Notes under the pieces: generated by a model
Told to the model about the DNA's origin: nothing
Database searches by the model: none
Seen by the model: only the letters and a program-made list of their open reading frames with translations
Made by a program: the position numbers and the translations under genes
Assembly (NCBI GenBank): GCA_965178125.1
Contig: OZ237763.1
Span: 124,001 to 188,000 of the forward strand
DNA: 64,000 bases
Direction: 5' to 3'
From: Bilabrum cf. latius
Taxonomy: Eukaryota
Shown: one piece after another, positions 1 through 11,959 of the stretch
How positions within the stretch are numbered: the stretch's first letter is position 1
How the letters are laid out: every line of letters starts with the position of its first letter

Positions 1-198
1 GCATGCACCGCGAGTGATCAGCGTGCAAGCCGACGTGATGCGCAGCACCTGCCCTCCGCCTTCTCCCTCGCTGCCGTCGACGACGACTGCGTGCGATGGT
101 GCGGTCTCAGCGGCAGCTGCACCGCCACTGGCAGTGCTGGATGGGTCCATCGCGACAGCTCTTTTCTCCATTTTGGAAGTTACACGCTCTCTTTCCAT
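1..198 (-). CDS. RTCA: RNA 3'-terminal phosphate cyclase, N-terminus only (runs off window start)
   Basis: Minus-strand frame from ATG 198 (or ATG 150) reads ...AVVVDGSEGEGGGQVLRITSAC, the DGSxGEGGGQxLR signature of RtcA. Not in the supplied ORF track. Confidence 0.8.
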   Translation of the reverse strand, partial: MERERVTSKMEKRAVAMDPSSTASGGAAAAETAPSHAVVVDGSEGEGGGQVLRITSACTLITRGAC

Positions 199-419
199 GG
201 ATCTTGTCTACGCACGAAGGGAAGCAACACATCGGCAACTCGAGCGAGCCAGACCGGAAGCGTGCACCAACCGCAAAGCACCAGCGAACGCCCAGTGCGT
301 AAATCACAGTCTCCGTTTTCGTTCAATCACCAACGCGCTTCCTCCAGGCACACACCCCGGGGCGCGCACGCAAGCCAACCGCCCACTGCCACTGGCAAGC
401 GGCACGATCCCGCCCTCCC

Positions 420-1950
420 TCATTCGTGCTTGCCTGCCCCCGCTCGGCGGTACGACTCCCCAGGGGTGAACGCCTCGATCCCAGTGATGCCCCGGCCCAG
501 GATGAGCGCGTGCACATCCGCCGTCCCCTCGTAGGTCACCACGGCCTCCAGCCCCACCGCGTGCCGGATCACGCCGTACTCGTCACTCACCCCGTTCCCG
601 CCCAGCATGTCACGGGCCTCCCTCGCGATGGCAAGGGCCTACACCGTGTTGTTCCTCTTCACCAGGCTGATCATCTCAGGGGGGCAACCCTCGGGCACAC
701 CGTTGGCCAGCCCTTGTTCCTTGACCCGGGCCACCTGCACGGCCCCCAGTAGACCGAGGGAGATGTCCGTGGCCATGTCTGCCAGCTTCTTCTGCACCAT
801 CTGGTTGGAGGCCAGCGGGGCACCGAACTGCTGCCGGTCCAGGGTGTACTGCCTTGCGGTGTCGTAGCAGTACTCGGCGGCGCCCATGGCACCAAAGGCG
901 ATCCCCAGCCGGGCCGAGTTGAGGCAGGAGAAGGGGGCCTTGAGCCCCTCCGCGAGGGGCAGTTGGTTGGCCTGGGGCACCCTGCAGTCGTCCAGGAAAA
1001 TCATGCCGGTGGGAGAGGCGCGCAGGGCCACCTTGCCCTCGATCTTCGGAGTGTCGAACCCGGGAGTCCCCCGCTCCACGATGAACCCCCTGACTTTCCC
1101 GTCGGCCGTGTCCCGCGCCCAGATGATCGCGATGTCCGCGATGGGGCTCGAGGTGATCCAGTTCTTGGCCCCGGTCAGTGACCAGCTGCCGTCCGGCTGC
1201 TTGGTGGCTCTGGTCTCCATGCCCGCGGGGTCTGAGCCGTGGTTGGGCTCGGTGAGGCCGAAGCAGCCTACAAGCTCGCCCGAGGCGAGGCGGGGCAAGT
1301 ACTGCGAGGGAGAGGTGATGACGTGTGATGTGGGGCGTGCGTTGGGAGGTGGGGGTGCGATCAGCGAGCGTTTCGGGCAATGACCTGCCGTGAGAGACTA
1401 GCAACTAATCATTGTAATTGTTCTAGTCGAGCCTTTGCCATGGTGCGAGCCACAGTGTGAGGCCACGCAGGCGACTTCACCTGGGCAGCTGGCCGCCAAG
1501 AAAACGCCTCACCTTCTCCTTTTGCTCATCAGATCCAAACTTGTAGATGGGGTGCATCACCAAAGATGATTGCACGCTCATGGCGGATCGGTACGCACTG
1601 TCCACGCGCTCAACTTCTCGGGCAATGAGGCCGTATGCCACGGTGCTCACGCCGGAACAGCCGTAGCCTTCGATCGTGGGGCCAAGGAGGCCCAGTTCCC
1701 CCATCTCGCGGAATATCTCGCGGTCAAACGTCTCATTTCGGAAATTATCGGTCACTCTCGGCATCAACTTTGCCTGAGCATATGAGCGGGCGCTATCCAT
1801 CACTAGTTTCTCTTCTTCTGTGAGCAACGATGCCATGCCAAGCGGGTCAGACGGGTCAAATCGAGCTAGAGATGCCATCGATCGACGGCCAACATGTTTT
1901 AATGCCCGACGAGAGGCATAGCCAAGCTTTTCCCCGATCGTTCGCAGCAT
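420..1950 (-). CDS. GCDH: Glutaryl-CoA dehydrogenase, mitochondrial; 2 exons (1950-1513, 1301-420); 1 in-frame TAG (639-641)
   Basis: Motifs [66 protein letters not shown]...[20 protein letters not shown]. Intron GTGAG...CGCAG, phase 0. Ends TGA. Confidence 0.95.
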
Positions 1951-2147
1951 AGTTGGGGAGATGTGCGTCTGCGCTAGGCGGAGTTTGCATCTTCATCTTT
2001 CAGGTTTTGGTTCTCGAAACGGTTGCAACCTCGAGTTGCCGGGTGCAACGCTTCGGAATGACTGCCCCGACTGCGCACTGTCGCTCAACTATGCTGCCGC
2101 AAAACCGATAAATATTCCAAGATAATCGTGTAATTAACCCGCAGGCT

Positions 2148-5100
2148 ATGTCAGGTGAGTGGCATCCTGATCATGCATGCGGGTAGACTGGCTACCGACT
2201 CGACCCCGACATTCCGTTGGTAACCACCACCAAATACGGAGATCACCGCCCAATCACCGACAGCGCATTGTCGAAGTACGTATTCTTGATGTTTCACACC
2301 CTTGCAGGCCGAGCACCTCCTCGTGGTCCGCCCCCTTCGGATTTGCCAAGGCGAGTGCCGCCAAGAGGCCCACCGCCAGGAGGCGTGGCGGGTGGGAGAC
2401 GGGCGCCTCCGTCGGGGGCTCCACCTCCAGGCGTTGCGAGACGAACGGGGCCGAACGCTGCGACCAGCGCCGACGTGCGCGCGCCGAGCATGGCGCCATC
2501 GGTGAATGCTTTAGCTCGAGCCGGCAGGAACCTGCCCCGGCCCGGCATGCCACCGCCGGGGGCATCCCGGAACATGATGCAGCCGCCCCGGGGGCCGCCC
2601 CCTGGCGCTGCCGCGTCTCCAAACAGGCGGGGCCCCCCAAGGGGACCCCCGCCGGGGGGGCTCACCCCCCAGAAACTCGCCGCTCACGAGACCCGCACCG
2701 GGGGCACCCCCATGGCATAGGGGGCACCCCCAGGACCCCCCAGGGGTCCACCCCCCGCTTCGCTGCTCGCCCGCCAGGGCCAGCAGCAGCCCAGGCCGGG
2801 AAGCAGAGCAGGAGCCCCCGGCGGATCCCCCGCCCCGCCGCGGGGACGACCCCCGGCCGCAGCCTTGCGAGCAGGCGGCCCCCGGCCAGCACCCCCTTCC
2901 GGCCCACCCCCCACCTCGGGGCCAGCGACCCCCGGGAAGGAAGGGGGCGACAGCGTGTGGGGCATCGGCACGGACGACGGCGAGGGGGCCAGGCGGGCAG
3001 CAGCGGCGGCCAAGGCGGAGCGGGAGCGCGTGGTGGTTGACCTGCCGGGCACTGCCTCGCGCGGGGGGGGTGCCCCGGGGGAAGAAGGGGACGACCTGGA
3101 GGAGCTGACCGTCCCCAGCACACCGGCCAAAGGAGTTCCAGGGAACAAAGGGGGCGCCGATTCCGAGTCCAAGTCGCCCTCCTCCTCGTCGTCGCCGCGA
3201 CGGCCACCACGGGCGTCGGCCGCGTGGCGGGAGGGCGAGGGCGAGGGCAAGGAGGACGAGGACGAAGGGAAGGGTTAGGGAGGGAAGGCGTTCGGGGCCG
3301 CCGCGGCCTCGGGGGCGGGAGCCGCCGCCGCCGTGGAAGGCGCCATATCGTCAGATTCGGAGCCGGAAACCATGAGCGGCGACCCGGGCGTGCCTCCGCC
3401 CCCCCAGCAGCTGTCCGCCGGAGACCCCCGCGGTGCCATGGCCACCGTGGCGCGCGTGGCCGCCGCCGCCGCGGACGCCTCGGGGATGCCTGGGGGGTAC
3501 CAGGGGGAGGCCCCCACACCGGGGACAAGCCCCGAGAGCCTGTGGCTGTTCGCCCGGCCCGGCCGTCTGTCCGTCACCCTTCTCCAGGGCAAGGGCATCT
3601 ACAAGCCCGGGCAGAGGGGCAGGCCCGCGAGGATAGACCCCTACGTCAAGATGGAGGTGGGCACTGGGGTGCAGCCACCCGCCCGTCCCCTGAGGGTCAA
3701 GAGCAAGACCCACGCGGGCCAGGGGGAAGACCCCGACTTGGGGTCAGAGAAGCTCCAGGTGTCCCTCCCCCACCCCAGGGAGCTCCAGTCGGAAGTCAGG
3801 CCCTCGGAGGAGGCCATGGAGCGCTTCAAGGGGCAGACCATTTCCAGGACGGACGTGGTCATACACGTGGAGGTGTGGGACCACAACATATTCGCGGACG
3901 AGCTGCTGGGGGAAGCCGACCTGAGCCTGCTGCCGATGCTTAAGTACACGAATGGAGGTGGGGAGGGCACCGTGCTGGGGAGCGAGCACTCGGGTGAGGC
4001 GGTGAGGCACACTGTTCCCCTCACGCTGGCCTCCAAGACGGGAGACCCCACCGCCGCCAGGGTCCCCGCCGGCACCTTGGAGGTGTCGATCGTGTTCCAG
4101 CCCTCCGAGCTGGGGATGCTTGTGCTGACCTGCCACGGGGGGAAGCACCTCGCCGACATGGACATGCTCGGGGAACAAGACCCATACGTGGTGGCCGAGC
4201 TGGGGGAGCAGAGGGTCCGCACCACCACCCAGGTGAACGGGGGCAAGCACCCGGATTTCAGGGACGAGGACCTGATCCTGCACGTGGAGCCGACCAGCTG
4301 GTCCCACGATGTAAGGGTCTCTTGCTACGACGAGGACACGGGGAGGGACGACCTGATCGGGTCTGCGGAAATACCGCTCATGCCGCTCATGCAGGCGGGC
4401 AGGCGAAAGGCCGAGCAGGAGGGGCGGCAGCCCGGGGGCGTGGCCCGGGCCAGGCTGGGCATCGCGCTGAAGGGGTCCTCGGGGCAGGCCGCGGGGGAGC
4501 TGGACCTCACCAGCGCGTTCTATCAGGCGGGCACGCTCACGGTGGAGGTGGCCGAGGGCAGGCACCTCCGGGATACGGACGTGCTGGGCGACATGGACCC
4601 GTACGTCAAGCTGTCCCTGGGGGGCGGGTCCAAGCCGCTCGAGGCCCAGACCGGGGTCAAGGCAGGGGCCGGCTCCGTGCCCGTGTGGAACGAGAGCCTG
4701 GTCTTCCACGTGGTGGACCAGCACGAGCTCAAGATCGAGGTCTGGGACTCGGACACCTTCTCCTCGGACGACCTCGTGGGCCAGGCCGCCATCAGCCTGC
4801 TGCCCGTGTTTAAGAAGGGCTACAGGGACGCGTGGGTGCCCGTCAAGCTCCGGAGCAACTGGGGGGCGCTGCAGGACTCGGGAGAAATCCGGCTCCGGAT
4901 CCGTTTCGAGGGCCCCCCCGGGGTGGCCTTCCCCCAGCGGCAGCCGTCCATGGACAGCTTCGACGACAGCGAGAGGGTCACGGAGAAGGGCCAGTCGGTG
5001 AGGGCCGCCCGGGCGGAGGCGGCGGAGGCCGCGGGGCTGCCCCCGAGCGCGGCGGACGCCATGGCGCTGCAGCAGGAGAGGCGTGGCCTGGACTCTGCGG

Positions 5101-6197
5101 GGGGGCCCGGGGGTGCCGCGCCTGGGTTCGGCGGGAAGGGGGGGGGTGCAGGAGGCCCCGGCGGCCAGGAGACGGACGAGTTCACGGACCAGGAGATCGA
5201 GGACGCGTTTCACTTCATCGACCTGGACAGGAACCTCTACATCGGGGCGGCCGAGGTGCGTCACGTGCTCGTGTGCATGGGCGAGATCATCACGGACCAG
5301 GAGGTGGACGAGATGATCCGGATGATCGACCAGGACGGGGACGGGCAGGTCTCCTTCGACGAGTTCTACCGGCTGGCCAAGCACCCCGACCCGGCCAGCC
5401 CGGAGTTTCAGCTCCGAGTCGCGGCGGGGGGCGGGGACGGCGGGGTCGGGCCACCGGCGGGCAGCGGGAGCCGGCGGGGCAGCGCCAGCGGCGGTGGTTC
5501 CCAGGCCCTTGTTCCCCGGGACAGGCAGGGCCGACTCCTCCCCGGACCACCCCCGGGGGGTGCCCCCGTGGCGGGCAAAGCGGCCCAGAAGGCGAGAGAG
5601 GCCCGGCTGCGTGAGGCCAAGGCAAGGTACCTGTAGGGCTTCGCCGAGGACAACCACCTGCGGATGGCCGACCTGCAGAGGGCCTACAGGCGCTTCAGGG
5701 CAGAGCAGGGCGGGGGAGGTGGGAAAGGTGGAACTGGGGGGCTCGAGGTGGGGTTCGACGGCATGTGCGGGATGTTCGACGCCGAGCCCACGGGTGAGGC
5801 GCGGCAGCTGTACAACGCCTTTGTGGATCCGGGCAGCGGGCGCGTGCCCGTGAAGCGCCTTCTCCTCGCGCTGAACAATTTCACGGGGACGGACAAGGCC
5901 CAGCGCGTTAGCTTTTGCTTCTGGCTGTTCGACGAGGACCGGAGCGGCTCTTTGGAGGAAGGGGAGCTCCTTGATATTCTGGTTGCCAACCACATGGCCA
6001 GCGGGCCGGAGGCGGTCCGCTCCAAGGCGCAGGTCATCATGAGACAGGCGGACAAGGACGGGAGCGGGACCATCGACCTGGACGAGTTCATCGTGGTCAG
6101 CCAGAAGTTTCCCAATTTGCTGTTTCCCATGCACGCGCAGGCAGGTGGAAATGGAAATGGGACTAGTGTCGGTGGTGCCGCGTCGGGTTTCGGATGA
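2148..6197 (+). CDS. Pro-rich N-terminus + three C2 domains + two EF-hand clusters (Ca2+/lipid-binding protein); exons 2148-2154 and 2308-6197; TAG at 2718, 3276, 5634
   Basis: ATGTCAG|gtgagt...ttgcag|GCCGA gives [12 protein letters not shown]. ORFs 2217, 2865, 3333 and 5664 share one frame, joined by TAGs. C2 motifs ([30 protein letters not shown]); EF loops [48 protein letters not shown]. Ends TGA. Confidence 0.85.
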
Positions 6198-6604
6198 CTC
6201 TGGCGGTTGGTTTTTCCTTGGGTTTTGTCCATCGCAATGCATGTTTGAGCTTTTTCATTATGTTGTCAGACGCCCCACAGGCTTTCGAATTGCGCTCGTG
6301 GCGACGGAATCGCGCTTGCAGTCGCTTGCCGCAAGAAGAAGCGACCGAAACCTCTCGGCGAGGATGCCCGTTGCGACCACTCTCGGGCGATTCGCAGCAA
6401 CGCCAACACAAGAAGCATCGTCAGCCACGGGGCGACTTTTTGCCGTCCGTAGGGTAGAAGTTTGTCCGCACTGAGCTTTTCTGTTGAATATTCTTTCTAT
6501 TCGGGCGCCGCAAGGTGTCCTGCTCTTCTCCAAATCACCGCAACTGGTGGGGAGTTGTTTGATCGTCCTGGCCGTCCCGAATCTCGCCCTTTTTTGCAAG
6601 ATCG

Positions 6605-9600
6605 ATGGGCTGCGGTGCGAGTCAACCGACTGCAGATCTCAGATCAAACGGCAGTAAGGAGCAGAGGGCTCAAAACGAGGGACACGGACATCGGAGGCGC
6701 AACACCGATGATCCCCTCGGAAATCGTCAAGATAATCTCGACGGATCTGGGGCAGAAAGGCAATCCAGCGCGAACCGAATAGTTCAGGGGCTATAGAAGT
6801 AGGCATAGCTTCGGTCTAGCGAAGGCAACGAGCCTGGGACCTCATCGGCGAATGCAAAGTCGAGGCCTCGTGGAGCGCTTGCAGCCGGCAACAGCGGTGA
6901 TGCAAGCAAGGACTCTGCGACTAGAGTAGAGTACGATGGTCTTCAAATCATTCCAAACAGTCAAACGGATAGAACGGGGTCTGGAAGCACCAGGGGATAG
7001 CAGAGAAGAGGCAGCCGCTTGGCCTCGTCGCTTGCCTCCGGGTCTGGCAGTCTCAGGGCAGTCCACATCGGCAGCCGCCTTAGCCAGAACGAAGAGTCCA
7101 AAGCAGATAGTTTTGTTGGTCACTCCGGGAGCTCTCACAATGGCGTTCGGCGGGGATCCCGCTCAGGATCGATGATCGACGGGGTGACTGTGACGGGGCA
7201 AGAGCAAAGGCTCAAGGATTCGGCGAGCGCAGACGTGGGAACTTCCGTTGATTTGCCGCGAGTGACGTACAATAGCTGCTCCGCGGGTGGGTTTCTAGCG
7301 CACGGGTCCGGATCAAGAGGTGGCGCGAGATTCGCGAGCGCCGACCCTGCCTTGGGGACGGGCACCGGCGCCGGCATGCACCGCGGCCATCATGGTGACC
7401 CGGCAGGAGGGCCCGGCAGCGGGAGCCTCTCGGAATACACGAGCTATTCCACCGTGGACGACGGTGAGATGGGCGGGGGCACCAGCAGCGAGGAGGGGGG
7501 AGGGGGTGAGAGGGACGATTCCATGGATGATTTCCGGATCGCGGAGGATGACGAGGACGGTGACGGTGACGGTGCTGTGGAAGGGGGGGAGGGTGGCAGC
7601 GGGAGCGGGTCTGCGAGCGGGATGCTGAGGGTCCGGGGCAGGGCGGGGCGGGGGACGCTGGGGGGGGAGCCCAGCGGGGGCAGCAGCAGCGCCGACAGCG
7701 ATTCGGAGCCGGAACTCGCCGGGGTGACGGGGCGAAGCAGAGCACCCGGTTCCATGGCGGGAGGAGGAGCCCAGGGAGGGTAGACCAACCCGGGCCAGGG
7801 GCAGAGTTAGGGACACGGCAGAGCGGGAGCAGTGGGCATCGGCGACGACAGCAGCCACTAGTAGAGGGAGGAGAGAGAGGACGGGCTGGTGGTGGGCAGG
7901 GGCACCAGGGAGAGGAGGCCCAGGGAGAGGTACTCCAGGCGGAATCGGCGCCGCGCCAACCGAGGTTCCGCAGCGCCTGGCGGCGCCGCGTTCGAAACCG
8001 GCACCTTTCCCTCGTCCAAGGAAGTGGTGGCCTCCCGGGACACGGCTTTCTATTCCGGGTCCTCCCAGCCCACGGAGTCGGACGGCGTGGAGGACACGTT
8101 CCCGCCCACCGAGGCCGAGATGGCCAAAGTGGACAGGGAGGGTTTCCTGCTGGACGTGAGGCTGCCTCCGGAGCACCCCGGCCGGCTGGTCCCGCCGGTG
8201 CACATGCGGCACCCCCCGGACCGGAAGCAGCCGGCCACGAAGCAGTCCCGGGAACTCAAGGCCGGCAAGCTCAGGAAGCTGCCCGAGACGAGGGAAGGCG
8301 AGCTGAAGGACTGGAGGCTGGGCAAGCTGCTTGGAAGAGGGTCCTTCGGGCTCGTTTTCGCAGCTAGGGAGCGGAAGACCGGCTACAGGGGTGCCATCAA
8401 GGTCATGGACAGGAGCCGGATCAAGGCGACTTCCATCAACCGGGAGTACACCGTGTTGGAGGCGCTGGGGCACCACCCCTCCGTGGTGAGGTACCTTGGC
8501 ACGTACAAGACGTGGGCCACCGTGTCATTTGCGATGGAGAGGGTGACGGGGGGGGAGCTCTTCGAGCACCTGATCCAGACGGGGGCCATGACCGAGGAAC
8601 AGGCGAGGTCCACCTTCGTGCCCGTGCTAAGGGGACTGGCATACCTGCACGGGGGGGCTGGCTCGGGCCAGGCCATCGTGCACCGGGACCTCAAGCCGGA
8701 GAACCTTCTGCTGGTGCCCATGCAGAAGGCCAAGAGGCAGCTGCACAGACACAGGCGCAAGATAAAGAGGTGGAGGAGACAGGTCCACAGGCAAAGGAGG
8801 GCCGAGCAGCAGGCCGGGCAGGGGCAGCAGGCAGTGCATCAGCCTATACAGAAGCATGCCAGCGTCGGTGGCCCCGTCACGCCCGTCGTGCTAGACGAAG
8901 GCGGCCCGCTCATCCGCAACAGGGGTGGTGTGACGAGTGGGCGCGTGACGAGTGCGGGAGCCGCCGGCATCTCGAAGCGCGGCGGAACCACGAGGCGCGG
9001 TCGGGCGGCAGCGCGGCGCCCAGGCGGCCCGGGCGTGGACCAGACCATGTCTGGCGGGTCCGGCGCCACCACTGTGGCAGCCAGGGTGCGCATGAAGGTG
9101 GCGGTCTCGGCTAAAGCGGACCAGCAGTCTCTGCCAGGGAGCACCGAGGACTCCAGCACGGCCGTGGACTCGCACTTGGGCGGGCAGGCGGACCCCGCCT
9201 CTGACGTGGTGATTGGTGGGATGTTTCCCGGCGAATCCTCCGTGGAACACAGCGAAGGGATGGGTGGGGCCATCCAGCAGACCCTTGGGCTTGGGTAGGG
9301 CGGGTCGGGTGCACGTCCGGGCCCGGGGACTGCCACACGCGGGACCAACCCTGGTGATGGGGCCGGGGCTGTGTCTCGAGCGAACGTTTACTTTGGCACC
9401 GGCACCGGTGCAGGCGAGGGTGTCGGGGACGGCATTGGGCCCATGGCCCCCGAGCTGCTGCGTGCCTCGATGGACTCGCAGGCGGGCCCATCGCCGGGGA
9501 CGGGCCAGGGAACAATGTTCCAGGGAACAACGGGTCGGAGAACAACCAGCACGGGGGGAGGCCCTGGCCGCGGGGAGTCCCACGTGGCCGTGACTGGCAG

Positions 9601-10927
9601 CAGGGAGCTGAGCCCCACGGGGACAGGGGGGGGCACTCCCACTGGCGGCATGAGGGGTGTGGGGAGGAGGAGCTTCGGCCTAGGTCGAAGTAGGGGCGGA
9701 GGCAGGAACAGCCGGTTCGCAGGCAGGGACGGCGGGCCGAGGGTGAATGACGGTTCGGCCGCTGGTACCGCCGCCGCCGCAGGACTCACACGAGTCACGG
9801 CAGAGCTGGACGCGCGGCCGGACGAGCCGAGGACGACCCGCCGGGCCAGGCGGCAGGCTCGCAGGGAACAGAGGAGGATGGCCCACTAGAGGAAGAGGCA
9901 GAGGCAGAGAGAGCGCGGGGTCGTTGTTCCCCTGCGGTCCCCCTGGCGTGTGGAAGGCGCCCTCGCCCTGAAAATCGCGGACTTTGGGCTGTCCCAGACC
10001 ATCGGCCCCAACGAGCGGCTGGTCAAGAGGGCGGGGTCCTGGGCCTACATGCCATGCGAGGCGGTGTAGGGACAGAGGAAGGGATACACGTGCAAGTTCG
10101 ACGTGTTCTCCTTCGGGGTCTGCCTGTACGTGGCCTGCGCGGCGGCGCACCCGTTCGACCCTGACGGCAACCTGCCCGTTGAAGAGATAAAGAGGAGGGC
10201 GAGACACGCCGAGTGGGGCTTCCAGGACCCCAGCTGGCCGTACCGCTCGGCGGAGCTGAAGGATTTCCTCAGGAGACTCATTACAAAGGACCCCAGGGAC
10301 AGGATGACGAGTGCCCAGGCCTTGATGCACCCGTGGGTGCTCGGTACCAAGCTCGGGGCTCCCGCCATCGTCAGGCCCGCCCTGCGGCTGAACCCGACCC
10401 ACAGCCGCTCCCAGGTCGACGAGCGAGGGAACACCGATTCCTCCGCTGATAGCACCATCAGCTCCACCCAGAGGTCCTCAGTTGGTATGACGAGTGCAGC
10501 GACGAGCACTACCGGCGCGGGCACTGACTCAGTGGTGCCGTGCATGATCCCGGGCCCTTCCAACGCTGCCAGGCAGCAGGTCATTTACCAGCAGCAGCAG
10601 CAGCAGCAGCAGCATTTGTTCCAACACCCGCAGGCCCAGATGCTGCTGGGGGGGCCCTCCCCGAGCGAGCCCGGCAGCGATCGTCACACTGCGGCCATGG
10701 CCGTGGCGGAGGTGATGCAGGGCATGTCGGGTGCGGGGGCTGGTGTGACGAGTGCGCGCGGGGGGCAGGACGCCCCGGGACCGGCAGCTGCAGGTCCCGG
10801 CGGAGTGATTGGGGGTCATCATTCCCCTGCTACCCCAAGTGGGGACATTGGGGCCCAGGGGGGAAGCGAGCACCCCGCAATGGGGTCATCGGCTCGTAGG
10901 GGGCTAAGCGCCACTCGGGTCGACTGA
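6605..10927 (+). CDS. CAMK-like Ser/Thr protein kinase, about 1440 aa, N-terminal MGCGAS acylation motif, large insertion within the kinase domain; 11 in-frame TAG
   Basis: One continuous frame (ORFs 6605, 7019, 7889, 9371, 10103) broken only by TAG at 6794, 6800, 6806, 6998, 7781, 7808, 7859, 7862, 9296, 9887, 10067. Motifs GRGSFG, AIK, GGELF, HRDLKPEN (8681), KIADFG (9971-9988), DVFSFG. Ends TGA. Confidence 0.85.
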
Positions 10928-11711
10928 ATTCTTCGGCTTTCGCTTAGTTCGCATTGGCTGGCGGTATCGTATATGCCAGCCACTGTGAGGTATGGTACTA
11001 CTGGTAGGTGGCATGAGGCAGTCCTGGTGCGCGGGACGGTTCCCCCCTCATTCATTTATTCATGTATCTAGAATGTGTCACGGCTTGCACACAGGCTCGG
11101 TGGTGTGGGAGGCTACGCCTAGATTTGATTCTAGAATAGGCCTAGATTCTACCTTGGGCGACCAAGCTGTTGAATCCGGATCCTTCTGACTTCCGGCTTG
11201 GCCGAGACAACTGCTGCATGCGCCCATCCGGGATCCAGTCTTGTGTCTCGCTTTGTTTTGCTTTGCGAAATGTGTTCTATTGCAGTAGCCTCAAGAACCA
11301 GCATAATAACCAGCGATTGTAGCAACCCAATCGCCTAACGTGGCAACCACAGCTAGCATACACTGAGCATTCAAACTCCACGCATCCCGGATACACCTTT
11401 GACGGCTGAACTGTATCTGCACCCGCACCCGAAGCCATGAGACCACAACAAAAAGAATTCAAGACGATCTGTCAGTCCTGAGCTCTTCCACCCCGAATGG
11501 AGGCGATTGACTGGAGAAATGCCAACCTCCACTCTTCGTGGCCTGCCTCTTCCGTTAATCAGATTACGATGTCTAACGCTACAATTCCTCTTCCCACCTA
11601 CGGACAAGGTGTTGCGGCGTTCTCCTTCTTCGCAGAGCCATCCTCATCGCACAGACGCTTATCATCTCATTTGACGTCAACAACGAATCAGACTCTGTCT
11701 CCTTAATACCA

Positions 11712-11836
11712 GTCGACTGAGCATTCAAACTCCACGCATCCCGGATACACCTTGTCGACTGAGCATTCAAACTCCACGCATCCCGGATACACCTTGTCGA
11801 CTGAGCATTCAAACTCCACGCATCCCGGATACACCT
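11712..11836. repeat. Tandem repeat, 42-nt unit x about 3 (gtcgactgagcattcaaactccacgcatcccggatacacctt), plus a dispersed partial copy at about 11363-11399
   Basis: Units start at 11712, 11754 and 11796 with no spacers between them. Confidence 0.95.
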
Positions 11837-11959
11837 CTCGCTGTACCGTGCATATCCAGCAGGTCAGCTCCTCACGGTTCCAAACACACCAAATACCTGA
11901 TCCTTTCTGCGCATCAGGACGCTGCTGCATCGAAAGCTGCTGCAGCGCCGTTTCTAACA

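Noticed and set aside
639-641. UAG as Lys or pyrrolysine
   Set aside because: A few TAGs align with Lys at tolerant sites, but the two best-conserved sites (DNALI1) are Gln and the contexts are Gln-rich. No pyl genes are visible, and pyrrolysine is not known in eukaryotes. Not formally excluded without alignment statistics.
5634-5636. TAGs as 3' splice sites of tiny introns
   Set aside because: Sequence on both sides of the TAGs in GCDH, DNALI1 and ZPR1 is collinear with the remembered homologues, leaving no room for an intron, and suitable GT donors are generally missing.
11712-11836. CRISPR-like array
   Set aside because: The units abut with no unique spacers, no cas genes are present, and the context is eukaryotic.
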